A DNA stretch of 64,000 nt, taken from assembly GCA_045649925.1 (NCBI GenBank), contig JAZRQS010000040.1, forward strand, positions 1,499-65,498, given 5' to 3'. The stretch comes from Eubacteriales bacterium. Lineage in GTDB: Bacteria; Bacillota; Clostridia; Oscillospirales; CAG-272. Positions 1-10,892 of the stretch are shown here, in pieces; the stretch's first letter is position 1, and every line of letters starts with the position of its first letter. A program made the translations under genes and the position numbers. The notes under the pieces were generated by a model that saw only the letters and a program-made list of their open reading frames with translations, made no database searches and was not told the DNA's origin.

Positions 1-2441
1 TCGTGTACCTGCATTACTATTTTTGCATCGAGTCCGTCACTCTTAAGGCGATTTGCCACATTTACTGTCGCTATCTTCATTATATCAGCGGCAGTTCCCT
101 GAATAGGACTGTTCATCGCCACTCTCTTTCCGAATTCCTTGAGCTGTTTTTTCGATGAGGAAAGCTCGGGGATATATCTTCTTCTGCCGAAGATGGTTGT
201 GGTGTAGCCTGTTTCAGTCGCTGCCTCGATACACGAGTCGAGGAATTCCTTGATGCTAGGATATTTTGTAAAGTAGCTTTCTATATACTGCTTTGCCTGC
301 GACATTGTGATTTTAAGGTCGGTGGAAAGCGAGTAAGCGCCCATTCCGTAGACAATTCCAAAGTTGACCGCCTTTGCGCGCTTTCTGTATTCCTCGTTTA
401 TCGCATACTCGGGGATGCCGAAAACGGCTGACGCTGTGCGCGTGTGAATGTCTGCGCCTGAGCGGAAGGCATCTGTCATTACCTCATCTCCCGACATGCA
501 GGCGAGCAGGCGCAATTCTATCTGCGAGTAGTCGGCGTCTACGAGCATATAGCCGTCCTTTGCCTTAAACTGCGCACGTATGCGCTTGCCGAGCGAGGTC
601 TTGATCGGTATATTCTGTAGATTTGGCTCGCTTGAAGAAAGTCTGCCTGTCGCAGTGAGTGTCTGACGGAAGTCGGTGTGTATTCTTCCGTTTTCATCGC
701 ATGCACGCAAAAGTCCTACCGCATAGGTGGAGTGGAGCTTTGTCAAACGGCGATATTCGAGTATCTCGTCAATTATGGGGTGGCAGTATCTGACCTGCTC
801 AAGCGCCTCTACGTCGGTGGAAAAACCACTCTTCGTCTTTTTCTTCAGCTGTATTCCCAGCTCCTCCACCAAAACCTGCGCAAGCTGTTTGGGCGAGTTG
901 ATGTTGAAGGTGCGCCCGGCAAGAGAGTGGACCTTTTCTTCTATTTCCTTTATGCCCTCGGCAAGCTCACATTCAAGCGTGCGCATTCCCTCGACATCGA
1001 TGAGGAAGCCCTCGTGCTCCATTTCTGCGAGAATAAGTGCAAGCGGAAGCTCTACCTTTTCTACAAGCTCAAGGCAGGAGGTCTCAGACGCCTTTTCTCT
1101 CTGCTTTTTGTGTATGGAGAGCATAAAGGGGACTGCGTCTGCATCGCAGGAAATATCGGTGTTTTCGTAAAAAATACACAGATTTTGTAAAGTTTTATTT
1201 GCACTTGTGGAGTTTAGTGTGTATTCGTAGAGGGAAAGGTCTCGTGGGATGCAGTGCATTTCAATGCCGTTTTGCGCAAGTGTGTGCCACAGCGCCTTCG
1301 CATCATAGCATACGACGGTTTTGCCCTCGGCAAAAAGCTCGGACAGGCCTTTTTCAAGTCCGCAATGAGAGTACAAGCCGTCATTTGTACCTATATAGAC
1401 AGCTCCGTCCTTTAAAAGCACTGCAAACTCGTTTCCTGCACGCTCGACAAGAGCTTTTGCATCGGGAATTTGCTCAAAGCTTGTGCTTTCGCATATCTTA
1501 CACGTGGTCTTTTCGGGCTCGTCTGTACTTTTTTTCTCGGCGGCGATAGCAGGAGTGTCGGGTGCACCGGCGCTCGTGCCTGTCAAGGAAAGCTTTTTAA
1601 TCAGCGCATTAAATTCAAGCTCTCTGAACTTTTTGTAAAGTCCGTCATTGTCCATTCCTGTGTAGGCGATGTCCTCGAGTGTGAGGGGGAGGGGCGCATC
1701 AGTCACTATTTTAGCGAGGCTCTGGCACATGTATGCAGAGTCACGACCACAAAGCAGCTTTTCACGCACCTTTGCTGTAATGTCTGAGCTTTCTATGTTT
1801 TCATAAATGCCATCAAGGGAGGAGAATTGAGAAATCAGCTTCAAGGCTGTCTTTTCGCCTATTCCTGCGACACCGGGGATATTGTCGGAGGAGTCGCCCA
1901 TAAGCGCCTTTGCATCTACGAGCATATGAGGCTCTATTCCGTATTTTTCAAAAAATGCATTTCTGTCGAAAAGGAGTGTATCGGTATTCGTTGCGAGAAG
2001 TACGTTTGTCTTTTCGTTAATAAGCTGTAAAAGGTCGCGGTCGCCTGAGAGGATATATGCAAACAGGTCGTCACCTGTCTGCGCCCATCTCGCTACCGTG
2101 CCCTGAATGTCGTCAGCCTCGTAGCCCTCAAGCTCGAGTGTTTTCAAGCCCATGAGGCGAAGACAGACCTTCGCATCGTCAAACTGCTCTAGCAATTCGG
2201 GAGGGGTAGGGTGTCTGCCCTCCTTGTACGCAGGGTACATCTTCTTTCTGAACGTAGGCGCATGCAGGTCAAACGCTACTGCGGCGTAGTCGGGCTTGAC
2301 TGCCTCGAGCTGACGGAAAATGATGTTTATCATTCCGTATATGGCATTAGTCGGCTTTCCCTGTGATGTAGAGAGTGCTCTTATGCCGTAGAATGCTCGG
2401 TTTATTATGCTGTTTCCGTCTATGACGAGTATTTTTTTCAT
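1..2441 (-). CDS. polA: DNA polymerase I (3' end runs off the window)
   Basis: Manual translation from ATG 2441: MKKILVIDGNSIINRAFYGIRALSTSQGKPTNAIYG (5'-nuclease N-terminus); in-frame motif B RAKAVNFGIVYG near 340-380. Missing from the ORF track because no stop lies in the window. Confidence 0.96.
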   Translation of the reverse strand, partial: MKKILVIDGNSIINRAFYGIRALSTSQGKPTNAIYGMINIIFRQLEAVKPDYAAVAFDLHAPTFRKKMYPAYKEGRHPTPPELLEQFDDAKVCLRLMGLKTLELEGYEADDIQGTVARWAQTGDDLFAYILSGDRDLLQLINEKTNVLLATNTDTLLFDRNAFFEKYGIEPHMLVDAKALMGDSSDNIPGVAGIGEKTALKLISQFSSLDGIYENIESSDITAKVREKLLCGRDSAYMCQSLAKIVTDAPLPLTLEDIAYTGMDNDGLYKKFRELEFNALIKKLSLTGTSAGAPDTPAIAAEKKSTDEPEKTTCKICESTSFEQIPDAKALVERAGNEFAVLLKDGAVYIGTNDGLYSHCGLEKGLSELFAEGKTVVCYDAKALWHTLAQNGIEMHCIPRDLSLYEYTLNSTSANKTLQNLCIFYENTDISCDADAVPFMLSIHKKQREKASETSCLELVEKVELPLALILAEMEHEGFLIDVEGMRTLECELAEGIKEIEEKVHSLAGRTFNINSPKQLAQVLVEELGIQLKKKTKSGFSTDVEALEQVRYCHPIIDEILEYRRLTKLHSTYAVGLLRACDENGRIHTDFRQTLTATGRLSSSEPNLQNIPIKTSLGKRIRAQFKAKDGYMLVDADYSQIELRLLACMSGDEVMTDAFRSGADIHTRTASAVFGIPEYAINEEYRKRAKAVNFGIVYGMGAYSLSTDLKITMSQAKQYIESYFTKYPSIKEFLDSCIEAATETGYTTTIFGRRRYIPELSSSKKQLKEFGKRVAMNSPIQGTAADIMKIATVNVANRLKSDGLDAKIVMQVH

Positions 2442-2554
2442 ACGAGAATACACACCTTTGAACTTTTTTCTTCCTTTTTATTATATATAGGAGAATATAT
2501 GCAGATAATCAAATATGCGCGCACAGTATAATAATATGCGCGCATACGTAGGAT

Positions 2555-3484
2555 TTAGTTTTCTTCTTTTTGCTGCTCCTCGCCCTCTATGTTCATATGG
2601 AGCTGCTCGGCGAGGTCCTCTTCGTCATCTGCATGAGCGCGGCGAGAGCTTGCCTCAAATACTGCGAGCAGGCCTCTTGCATCCTTGCAGTTGACAAGGT
2701 AGATAGCTACAAGTCTTGAGAATATATAGAGTGAGAAGGCTAAAATGAGGAAGCAATGTGCGCTTGCCCCGATACCCTCGCTTGATTTTACAGGAATATA
2801 GATGAGGCAGGATACGGCGTCAGACGACGTAATGATGAGTGCAATAAGAGAGACACAAACGTAAAAGCTCCATATCGCACGATTGAGAGCAATTCTTGCT
2901 TCACCGATAAAGAAGAATGCGATCATCATAGCAGACGCTATGTGAAGTATCTTTATGGGGGAGGTTATAAAGAGTGTGTTGTCGGTGTAAAGGAAAAATG
3001 CGAACATACAGCCGAAAAGCACGTTGAGTGTCGCAAATATCGACAGGTTGCTCTCCGATACCTTTGCCCCTGAAAGAGTGCAGATGAAATAAGGACAGCA
3101 GGCGAGGGCGCAAATGGCTGATATAAGCGAGAATGCGAGAGAAAGCCCTGTGTAAGCGCCTGTCGCTACCTGAATGATGGAATATACAGCGTAAACTACG
3201 AGTGCGAGCAAGCAGAATGTCGATGAGAACAAGGAGGGAATATCGTTTCGCAAAACACGCACCTCGTTCATTGAGCGAAGCAGAATAAGCGGAATTATAA
3301 CGAGCAATACGCTGACAGCTATCAGAATGAGATAGGCATTATAGAATGGGGAGGCGTCAAAGTTTGACGTCGCCTCGTCAAAGCTCGTGAGAATTACGTA
3401 CGTGCGAAGGACAATAGCCGCTATAGTCAGAAAAAGAGCGGTGATAAGAGATACGGCGTACGTTGTTTTGACCTTATTTGTCAT
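2555..3484 (-). CDS. Hypothetical polytopic membrane protein (about 8 TM, acidic C-tail)
   Basis: 309-aa ORF with repeated hydrophobic segments and a GAGG RBS; no family recognised. Confidence 0.75.
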   Translation of the reverse strand: MTNKVKTTYAVSLITALFLTIAAIVLRTYVILTSFDEATSNFDASPFYNAYLILIAVSVLLVIIPLILLRSMNEVRVLRNDIPSLFSSTFCLLALVVYAVYSIIQVATGAYTGLSLAFSLISAICALACCPYFICTLSGAKVSESNLSIFATLNVLFGCMFAFFLYTDNTLFITSPIKILHIASAMMIAFFFIGEARIALNRAIWSFYVCVSLIALIITSSDAVSCLIYIPVKSSEGIGASAHCFLILAFSLYIFSRLVAIYLVNCKDARGLLAVFEASSRRAHADDEEDLAEQLHMNIEGEEQQKEEN

Positions 3485-3755
3485 GTTATATACCTCGTGT
3501 TATCTGTTCTGTGGCAGAATTTTGATATTTTTTCTTCCATTTAATTATATATATTATATACAATTCTATTTTACCTCTAAAATGTTAATAAAATGTATAC
3601 ACAAGAGAAGTATGTGAAAAAATAAAGGTAAAAACTCCAAAAACTCACAAAAATTATATGCCAAAACACCCATTTGTGCAATATGCACAAAAAACGCCCA
3701 AAAATTTCTACACAATTTTTACACACAAAAGGTACAACTTTTTTTAGTAAAACTA

Positions 3756-3784
3756 TTGATATTTTTGGAGAAATAGTCTATAAT
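3756..3784 (+). promoter_or_regulatory. SigmaA promoter of the S10 operon
   Basis: TTGATA-17-TATAAT. Confidence 0.75.
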
Positions 3785-3789
3785 GGTTG

Positions 3790-4020
3790 AGTATGATATG
3801 CGATGAAGCGAGAGGTTGCCGTCATTATGGCGGGTAATTTTCGCAGAGTATGTCCGATTAACCGGGCGACAGCAAATTTTGCTTGTGTAAGACAAGCAAT
3901 AACTGTGTCATTTCCCGGATGGCTTGGCGACAAGCGATCCGGTTTTTGCTTGGACGTTGAAGAAACGCCCGACACAGTGTGCACCTTTGGTCCTCGGAAA
4001 TTTTAAAGGAGGAAAACAAA
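3790..4020 (+). ncRNA. Structured 5' leader of rpsJ (probable clostridial S10 r-leader)
   Basis: About 230-nt untranslated region with several hairpins between the promoter and the rpsJ RBS; position typical of r-protein leaders. Confidence 0.5.
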
Positions 4021-4332
4021 ATGGCAGCAAAGCAGAAGATCAGAGTAAGACTCAAGAGCTATGACCACACTCTCGTAGACGGCGCCGCAGAAAAGGTTGT
4101 CGAGGTAGCAAAGAGAAATGGTTGCACCGTTTCAGGTCCCATTCCGCTTCCTACAGAGAAGGAAATAGTTACAATTCTCCGTGCAGTGCACAAGTACAAG
4201 GACAGCCGCGAGCAGTTCGAGATGCGCACACACAAGAGACTGATCGACATTGTCAACCCTTCACAGAAGGCTATCGAGGCTCTTATGACACTCGAGCTTC
4301 CCGCAGGCGTTGATATCGAGATCAAGGCGTAA
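4021..4332 (+). CDS. rpsJ: 30S ribosomal protein S10
   Basis: [11 protein letters not shown]...GPIPLPT...[12 protein letters not shown]; ATG 4021 after AGGAGG. Confidence 0.98.
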   Translation: MAAKQKIRVRLKSYDHTLVDGAAEKVVEVAKRNGCTVSGPIPLPTEKEIVTILRAVHKYKDSREQFEMRTHKRLIDIVNPSQKAIEALMTLELPAGVDIEIKA

Positions 4333-4427
4333 GCCACCCAAAACAAGTTAACCCAAAACTTTTGGTCAAGTTGGCATCTCCGCTAATACGGAAAATTCAA
4401 AATGTCAACCAATAACTAGGAGGAAAA

Positions 4428-5060
4428 ATGAAAAAAGGAATTATCGGAAGAAAGTTGGGCATGACCCAGATTTTCGACGAAAACGGCAACGTAATCCCTG
4501 TAACACTTATCGAAGCAGGTCCCTGCGCAATAGCACAGAAGAAGACCAACGAGACAGACGGTTACGAGGCAGTTCAGCTCGCTTTTGAGGATGTTAAGGA
4601 AAAGCATCAGACAAAGGCACAGCTTGGCCACTTCAAGAAGGCCGGCATTTCACCCAAGAGACATCTCAAGGAGTTCCGTCTCGATGACATCAGCGCTCTT
4701 AACGTAGGTGACGTTATATCAGCCGATACCTTCGCCGCAGGCGAGAAGGTCGACATCACAGGTATAACCAAGGGCCGTGGTTACACAGGTGCTGTAAAGA
4801 GATGGGGTCATCACATATTGAGAATGACTCATGGTACAGGTCCTATACATCGTCAGGTAGGTTCTATGGGTGCAAACTCTACACCTTCCCGTGTTTACAA
4901 GAACAAGAAGATGGCTGGACAGTACGGTAACGAGCAGGTAACAATTCTCAACCTGAACGTTGTAAAAGTAGACGCAGAGAAGAACCTTATCGCAGTTAAG
5001 GGTGCAGTTCCCGGTGCAAAGGGCGGCAACGTATTCATTCGCGATTCGGTTAAAGCATAA
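4428..5060 (+). CDS. rplC: 50S ribosomal protein L3
   Basis: [14 protein letters not shown]; operon order. Confidence 0.98.
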   Translation: MKKGIIGRKLGMTQIFDENGNVIPVTLIEAGPCAIAQKKTNETDGYEAVQLAFEDVKEKHQTKAQLGHFKKAGISPKRHLKEFRLDDISALNVGDVISADTFAAGEKVDITGITKGRGYTGAVKRWGHHILRMTHGTGPIHRQVGSMGANSTPSRVYKNKKMAGQYGNEQVTILNLNVVKVDAEKNLIAVKGAVPGAKGGNVFIRDSVKA

Positions 5061-5079
5061 CGGAAGGAGGAACACGTAA

Positions 5080-5706
5080 ATGCCAAATATGAAAGTATTT
5101 GATATGACAGGCAAGGAAGTTGGAGAAATCACTTTGTCCGACAAGGTGTTCGGCGCAGAAGTAAACGGCGCAGTCCTCCATGCCGCAGTAAGAGCATATC
5201 TTATGAATCAGAGACAGGGCACACAGTCCACTCTTACTCGTACCGAAGTATCCGGCGGCGGTAAGAAGCCCTGGAAGCAGAAGGGTACAGGTAGAGCAAG
5301 ACAGGGCTCTACACGTTCTCCCCAGTGGACACACGGCGGTATCGCACTCGGTCCTAAGCCCCGTAGCTACCGCATCGAGCTCAACAAGAAGACAAAGAGA
5401 GTTGCTATGTTCAGCGCATTGTCTTCCAAGGTTGCTGAAGGCAACATGATCGTTGTTGACGCTATCACTGCTACAGAGTACAAGACAAAGGCTATGTCCG
5501 CAATGCTCGCAAACCTTGGCGCTGAGAAGAAGTCACTTATCGTGCTTCCCACAGCTGACAAGTTCGTTGTAAAGAGCTGCGCAAACATTCCCGGAGTTAA
5601 GACTACTGTTTACAATTCTATCAACGTATACGACATTCTTAACTGCGATAAGTTCATCGTAGCTAAGGAAGCAGTAGAGAAGATCGAGGAGGTATATGCG
5701 AAATGA
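5080..5706 (+). CDS. rplD: 50S ribosomal protein L4
   Basis: RQGTQSTLTRTEVSGGGKKPWKQKGTGRARQGS. Confidence 0.98.
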   Translation: MPNMKVFDMTGKEVGEITLSDKVFGAEVNGAVLHAAVRAYLMNQRQGTQSTLTRTEVSGGGKKPWKQKGTGRARQGSTRSPQWTHGGIALGPKPRSYRIELNKKTKRVAMFSALSSKVAEGNMIVVDAITATEYKTKAMSAMLANLGAEKKSLIVLPTADKFVVKSCANIPGVKTTVYNSINVYDILNCDKFIVAKEAVEKIEEVYAK

Positions 5707-5996
5707 AGGCTATCGAAAACATCATTATAAAGCCTATCATTACAGAGAAGAGCATGACCGCCATCGGCGAAAAGTGCTATACCTTCGAGGTAATGAAGAG
5801 CGCGACAAAGGCAGAGATTGCTAAAGCAGTTGAAGCTATGTTCGACGTAGAAGTGCTCACCGTAAATACAATAAACATGAAGAAGAAGCCGAAGAGACTT
5901 GGCGTTCACATGGGCTTCACAGGTGAGTGGAAGAAAGCAATAGTAACACTTAAAGCTGACTCAAAGAGCATTGCGTTCTTTGACAGTATGAATTAA
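5703..5996 (+). CDS. rplW: 50S ribosomal protein L23
   Basis: IIKPIITEKS...WKKAIVTL. Confidence 0.97.
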   Translation: MKAIENIIIKPIITEKSMTAIGEKCYTFEVMKSATKAEIAKAVEAMFDVEVLTVNTINMKKKPKRLGVHMGFTGEWKKAIVTLKADSKSIAFFDSMN

Positions 5997-6015
5997 GTTG
6001 GGAGGATAAAAGAGA

Positions 6016-6846
6016 ATGCCTACCATGAAGTATAAGCCGACTACTCCGTCCCGCAGACACATGTCAGCTCCTTCCTTCGATGAAGTAACAAAGTTTACTC
6101 CCGAGAAGAGCCTTATCGAGACAAAGAAGAAGAATGCTGGACGCAATAGCTACGGTAAGATAACAGTTCGTCACCACGGTGGCGGTAACAAGCAGAAATA
6201 CAGAATCATCGACTTTAAGCGTCAGACAGAGGGCGCAGCTACAGTTGTTGGTGTCGAGTACGACCCTAACAGAACAGCTTACATTGCACTTCTTCAGTAT
6301 GAAGATGGCAAGAAGAGCTACGTAATCGCTCCTGCAGGCCTTACAGACGGTGACATTGTATACTCCGGCGCTGATGCAGACATCAAGCCCGGTAACACAC
6401 TTCCTATCAGCGCTATCCCTGTTGGTACCTTCATTTACAACATCGAGCTTTACCCCGGCAAGGGCGCTCAGCTCGTTCGTTCTGCAGGTACAGCAGCACA
6501 GTTGATGGCAAAGGAAAACGGCTCCGCACAGGTTAGACTTCCTTCCGGAGAAGTTCGTATAATCAGACTTGACTGCAAGGCTACAATCGGACAGGTTGGT
6601 AACATTGAGCACGACACAGTTAAGCTCGGTAAAGCAGGTAAGACACGCCACAAGGGCATCCGCCCTACAGTACGCGGTTCTGTAATGAACCCCTGCGATC
6701 ACCCTCACGGTGGTGGTGAAGGACGTTCACCTATCGGTCGTCCCGGTCCTGTTACTCCTTGGGGTAAGCCTGCTCTCGGCTATAAGACGAGAAACAAGAA
6801 GGCGAGAACCAATAAGTTCATCGTTAAGCGCAGAAACAGCAAGTGA
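6016..6846 (+). CDS. rplB: 50S ribosomal protein L2
   Basis: [21 protein letters not shown]. Confidence 0.98.
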   Translation: MPTMKYKPTTPSRRHMSAPSFDEVTKFTPEKSLIETKKKNAGRNSYGKITVRHHGGGNKQKYRIIDFKRQTEGAATVVGVEYDPNRTAYIALLQYEDGKKSYVIAPAGLTDGDIVYSGADADIKPGNTLPISAIPVGTFIYNIELYPGKGAQLVRSAGTAAQLMAKENGSAQVRLPSGEVRIIRLDCKATIGQVGNIEHDTVKLGKAGKTRHKGIRPTVRGSVMNPCDHPHGGGEGRSPIGRPGPVTPWGKPALGYKTRNKKARTNKFIVKRRNSK

Positions 6847-6880
6847 TGTCGCTTAGAAATTTGAGAAGGAGGCACATATA

Positions 6881-7162
6881 ATGAGCAGAAGTCAGAAAAA
6901 GGCACCTTTCGTTGGGCAGAAGCTTTTCGACAGAGTAGTTGCCATGAATGAAATGAACGAAAAGAAAGTTCTTAAAACCTGGTCCCGTGCATCCACCATA
7001 TTCCCTGAATTTGTCGGACATACAATTGCTGTTCACGACGGCAGAAAGCATGTTCCGGTATATGTAACCGAGGATATGGTTGGTCACAAGCTTGGCGAGT
7101 TCGCACCTACACGTACCTTCAAGGGTCATGCAGGTTCCAAGACATCGAACAACGGAAAATAA
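6881..7162 (+). CDS. rpsS: 30S ribosomal protein S19
   Basis: [23 protein letters not shown]...[11 protein letters not shown]. Confidence 0.98.
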   Translation: MSRSQKKAPFVGQKLFDRVVAMNEMNEKKVLKTWSRASTIFPEFVGHTIAVHDGRKHVPVYVTEDMVGHKLGEFAPTRTFKGHAGSKTSNNGK

Positions 7163-7208
7163 TAAAAATATCGTTAATCGCATAATAGCGAGAGGAGGCA
7201 AAGCCTAA

Positions 7209-7562
7209 ATGGAAGCAAAGGCACATCTTAAATATGTCAGAATTGCTCCGCGCAAGGTAAAGATCGTTCTCGATCTTATCAGAGGCAAGGACACAGAGAC
7301 TGCAATGGCTATTCTTAAGAATACACCTAAGGCAGCATCTGAGCACCTCGTAAAGCTTCTGAAGAGCGCAGTAGCAAATGCAGAACACAATTTCAATATG
7401 GATGTATCTAATCTTTATGTATCCGAGTGCTTTGTATGCCCCGGCCCTACACTCAAGAGAGTTATGCCGAGAGCACAGGGAAGAGCATTCAGAATATTGA
7501 AAAGAACAAGTCATGTTACTCTTGTAGTAAAAGAGAAAGAATCTGAGAAGGAGGTAGGATAA
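7209..7562 (+). CDS. rplV: 50S ribosomal protein L22
   Basis: [17 protein letters not shown]...KRTSHVT. Confidence 0.98.
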   Translation: MEAKAHLKYVRIAPRKVKIVLDLIRGKDTETAMAILKNTPKAASEHLVKLLKSAVANAEHNFNMDVSNLYVSECFVCPGPTLKRVMPRAQGRAFRILKRTSHVTLVVKEKESEKEVG

Positions 7563-7566
7563 GTCA

Positions 7567-8352
7567 ATGGGACAGAAGGTAAATCCTCACGGTTTGCGTG
7601 TAGGCGTAATCAAGAACTGGGATTCCAGATGGTTCGAGAGCGATGAGAAGTTTGGCGATACACTCGTATCTGACTATAACATCAGAGAGCATCTCAAAGA
7701 GAAGCTCCAGGGCGCAGGCGTTCCTAAGTTCGAGATTGAGCGTGACAAGTCTCGTGTAAGAGTATTTGTTCATTGCGCAAAGCCCGGTATGGTAATCGGT
7801 CGCGGCGGCGTTGAGATCGAGAAGCTCAGAGAAGAGCTCGAGAAGATGGTCGGCCGTCCCGTAGTAGTAAATGTCGTTGAGATCAAGAATCCTGACCTCA
7901 ACGCTCAGCTCGTAGCAGAGAGCATCGCACAGCAGCTTGAAAAGAGAATCTCTTTCCGCCGTGCAATGAAGCAGGCTATAGGCAGAACAATGCACCTCGG
8001 TGCAAAGGGTATCAAGGTTTCCTGCAGCGGTCGTTTGGCTGGCGCAGAAATTGCGAGAACAGAGCACTATCACGAGGGTACAATTCCGCTTCAGACAATC
8101 AGAGCCGACATTGATTACGGTTTCTGGGAAGCAAATACAACCTACGGCAAAATCGGTATAAAGGTATGGATATACAGAGGCGAGGTTCTTGCAGAGAACG
8201 CAGCCAGAGCCGATAGAAAAACAGAGCGTCAGGACAGACGTCCCCGCCGCAACGGTGACAACCGCCGCGACGGTAACAATTCCGAGCGCAGAGCTCCTCG
8301 CAGCTTCAACAATCGCCGTACGGAGAGAAAAGCAGAGGAGGGCAACAAATAA
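7567..8352 (+). CDS. rpsC: 30S ribosomal protein S3
   Basis: [13 protein letters not shown]...[12 protein letters not shown]. Confidence 0.98.
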   Translation: MGQKVNPHGLRVGVIKNWDSRWFESDEKFGDTLVSDYNIREHLKEKLQGAGVPKFEIERDKSRVRVFVHCAKPGMVIGRGGVEIEKLREELEKMVGRPVVVNVVEIKNPDLNAQLVAESIAQQLEKRISFRRAMKQAIGRTMHLGAKGIKVSCSGRLAGAEIARTEHYHEGTIPLQTIRADIDYGFWEANTTYGKIGIKVWIYRGEVLAENAARADRKTERQDRRPRRNGDNRRDGNNSERRAPRSFNNRRTERKAEEGNK

Positions 8353-8780
8353 TGTTAATGCCTAAGAGAGTTAAGTACAGAAGAGTACAGCGCGGTAGAC
8401 TTAAGGGTAAGGCATCTCGCGGCAACGTACTCACAAACGGTTCTTACGGCCTCGTGGCTACAGAACCCGCTTGGATAACAAGCAACCAGATAGAGGCAGC
8501 CCGTATCGCAATGACAAGATATACTCGTCGTGGCGGTCAGGTTTGGATAAAGATATTCCCCGACAAGCCTATCACAGAGAAGCCTGCTGAAACTCGAATG
8601 GGTTCCGGTAAGGGTTCACCTGAGTACTGGGTTGCAGTAGTTAAGCCCGGCAGAATAATGTTCGAAATGGACGGAGTTGCAGAGGACATTGCAAGAGAAG
8701 CTATGCGTCTTGCTATGCATAAGCTTCCTATCAAGTGTAAGTTTATAACCCGTGCAGATCAGGAAGCGAAGGAGGAGTAA
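8352..8780 (+). CDS. rplP: 50S ribosomal protein L16
   Basis: [11 protein letters not shown]...[13 protein letters not shown]. Confidence 0.98.
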   Translation: MLMPKRVKYRRVQRGRLKGKASRGNVLTNGSYGLVATEPAWITSNQIEAARIAMTRYTRRGGQVWIKIFPDKPITEKPAETRMGSGKGSPEYWVAVVKPGRIMFEMDGVAEDIAREAMRLAMHKLPIKCKFITRADQEAKEE

Positions 8781-8783
8781 GCC

Positions 8784-8972
8784 GTGAAAGTTAAGGAAAT
8801 CAGAGAATTGTCCACAGAGCAGCTCGAGAAGAAGCTCTCTGAACTCAAGCGTGAGCTTTTTAATCTTCGTTTTCAGCATGCGATCAATCAGCTTGATAAT
8901 CCTCACAAAATCACAGACGTAAAGCGTGACATTGCTCGTGTAATGACAGTGCTTTGCGAAAAGAACGCTTGA
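8784..8972 (+). CDS. rpmC: 50S ribosomal protein L29
   Basis: ELFNLRFQHAINQLDNP; GTG start. Confidence 0.97.
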   Translation: MKVKEIRELSTEQLEKKLSELKRELFNLRFQHAINQLDNPHKITDVKRDIARVMTVLCEKNA

Positions 8973-8986
8973 GGAGGTAAAGGAAA

Positions 8987-9247
8987 ATGACCGAAACACG
9001 TAATCTTAGAAAAGTAAGAGTAGGTAAGGTTGTAAGCAACAAGATGGACAAGACCATCGTAGTTGCTGTAGAAGATAACGTTCGCCATGCAAAATACGGT
9101 AAGATAATTAAGCGTACCGCTAAGATCCATGCACATGACGCTAACAACGAGTGTGCTATCGGCGACAAGGTAGCTGTAATGGAAACAAGACCTCTTTCCA
9201 GAACAAAGAGATGGCGTCTTGTTGAAATTATCGAAAAGGCTAAATAA
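8987..9247 (+). CDS. rpsQ: 30S ribosomal protein S17
   Basis: [14 protein letters not shown]...[11 protein letters not shown]. Confidence 0.98.
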   Translation: MTETRNLRKVRVGKVVSNKMDKTIVVAVEDNVRHAKYGKIIKRTAKIHAHDANNECAIGDKVAVMETRPLSRTKRWRLVEIIEKAK

Positions 9248-9309
9248 TAGTTTCATTTAATAACAGTAGGTAGGTCAAACGCTTACCGAAACAAGGAGGA
9301 AACGATAAA

Positions 9310-9678
9310 GTGATTCAGCAACAGACATTGATGAAGGTCGCTGACAACACGGGCGCAAAGGAACTTATGTGTATCAGAGTTCTCGGAGGCTCAGGCCGCA
9401 GATATGCAAATATCGGCGACATCGTTGTAGCAGCTGTCAAGAAGGCAGCTCCCGGCGGGGTAGTTAAAAAAGGCGAGGTTGTTAAGGCTGTTGTTGTAAG
9501 AAGCGTTAAAGGCGTTCGCCGCGCTGATGGCTCTTACATCAAGTTTGATGAAAACGCAGCAGTAATAATCAAGGAAGATAAAACACCTAAGGGCACACGT
9601 ATTTTTGGCCCTGTAGCAAGAGAGCTTCGTGATAAGGAATTTACAAAGATCCTTTCACTCGCTCCCGAAGTACTTTAA
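9310..9678 (+). CDS. rplN: 50S ribosomal protein L14
   Basis: [16 protein letters not shown]...SLAPEVL. Confidence 0.98.
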   Translation: MIQQQTLMKVADNTGAKELMCIRVLGGSGRRYANIGDIVVAAVKKAAPGGVVKKGEVVKAVVVRSVKGVRRADGSYIKFDENAAVIIKEDKTPKGTRIFGPVARELRDKEFTKILSLAPEVL

Positions 9679-9693
9679 TCGGAGGTAAACGAA

Positions 9694-10023
9694 ATGAATA
9701 CGCTTCATATAAAGAAAGATGATATCGTCGTTGTTATCTCCGGTGATGACAAGGGCAAAAAGGGTAAGGTAATCGCAGTTTCTCCCAAGGAAGGCAAGGT
9801 AATTGTCGAGGGCGCTAACATGGTAAAGAAGAATGTTAAGGCTCGCCGTCAGGGAGAAGTAAGCAGCCAGGTTGAGACCGAAGCAGCTATGTACGCTTGC
9901 AAGGTTCAGCTCTTCTGCGAGAAGTGCGGTAAGCCCACACGTTCCAAGGTCGGCTATGAAGACGGCAAGGACGGAAAGAAAACAAAGATTCGCCTCTGCA
10001 CAAAGTGCGGAGCGAAAATATGA
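9694..10023 (+). CDS. rplX: 50S ribosomal protein L24
   Basis: KOW motif IKKDDIVVVISGDDKGKKGKV. Confidence 0.97.
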   Translation: MNTLHIKKDDIVVVISGDDKGKKGKVIAVSPKEGKVIVEGANMVKKNVKARRQGEVSSQVETEAAMYACKVQLFCEKCGKPTRSKVGYEDGKDGKKTKIRLCTKCGAKI

Positions 10024-10038
10024 GGGAGGTAACTTAAA

Positions 10039-10578
10039 ATGTCAAGACTTAGAGAACTTTACAAGAACGAAGTTGCTCCCGCGCTCATGAACAAATATGC
10101 TTACAAGAGCCCTATGCAGATTCCGAAGGTTGATAAGATCGTTATCAACGTCGGCGCAGGCGATGCAAAGGACAACTCCAAGGTTATCGACGAGATAATC
10201 GAAGAGATCACACTTATCTCCGGTCAGAAGGCTGTTCCCACTTTTGCAAAGAAGTCGGTAGCAAACTTCAAGCTCAGAGCAGGCATGAAGATAGGCGTAA
10301 AGGTTACACTCCGTGGCGAGCGTATGTATGAATTTATGGACAGATTCTTCAATTTTGCTCTTCCCAGAGTTCGTGACTTCAAGGGTATCAACCCCAATGC
10401 ATTCGACGGCCGTGGTAACTACTCTGTAGGTATCAAGGAGCAGTTGATATTCCCCGAAATCGAGTACGACAAGGTCAACAAGATTCGTGGTATGGATATC
10501 GTATTTGTTACAACAGCAACAACAGACGAAGAAGCAAAAGAATTGCTCACACTTATGGGCGCTCCTTTTGCTAAATAA
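10039..10578 (+). CDS. rplE: 50S ribosomal protein L5
   Basis: [20 protein letters not shown]. Confidence 0.98.
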   Translation: MSRLRELYKNEVAPALMNKYAYKSPMQIPKVDKIVINVGAGDAKDNSKVIDEIIEEITLISGQKAVPTFAKKSVANFKLRAGMKIGVKVTLRGERMYEFMDRFFNFALPRVRDFKGINPNAFDGRGNYSVGIKEQLIFPEIEYDKVNKIRGMDIVFVTTATTDEEAKELLTLMGAPFAK

Positions 10579-10592
10579 GGAGGAAGGAAAGA

Positions 10593-10778
10593 ATGGCTAA
10601 GAAGTCAATGATTCTTAAGCAGCAGGCAGAGCCTAAGTTCTCTACCCGTGCTTATAACAGATGCAAGATTTGCGGCAGACCTCACGCCTACCTCCGCAAA
10701 TACGGAATCTGCCGTATCTGCTTCCGTGAGCTCGCATACAAGGGCGAGATTCCCGGAGTAAAGAAGGCAAGCTGGTAA
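10593..10778 (+). CDS. rpsN: 30S ribosomal protein S14, Zn-binding type Z
   Basis: 61 aa, CKIC...CRIC. Confidence 0.97.
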   Translation: MAKKSMILKQQAEPKFSTRAYNRCKICGRPHAYLRKYGICRICFRELAYKGEIPGVKKASW

Positions 10779-10892
10779 TTAAAATTCTCTCATCTATCGG
10801 AAGGAAAGCGAAGCGCTTTTACCACCGATAAGCCACCGCAAATTTCAAGCGGTAGCAAGCATAAATGAACTTGCATACAGGAGGATAATAAA

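Noticed and set aside
374-2030. Plus-strand ORFs in the track over the polA region
   Set aside because: They are antisense shadows of polA, which is open from 2441 to the window edge on the minus strand.
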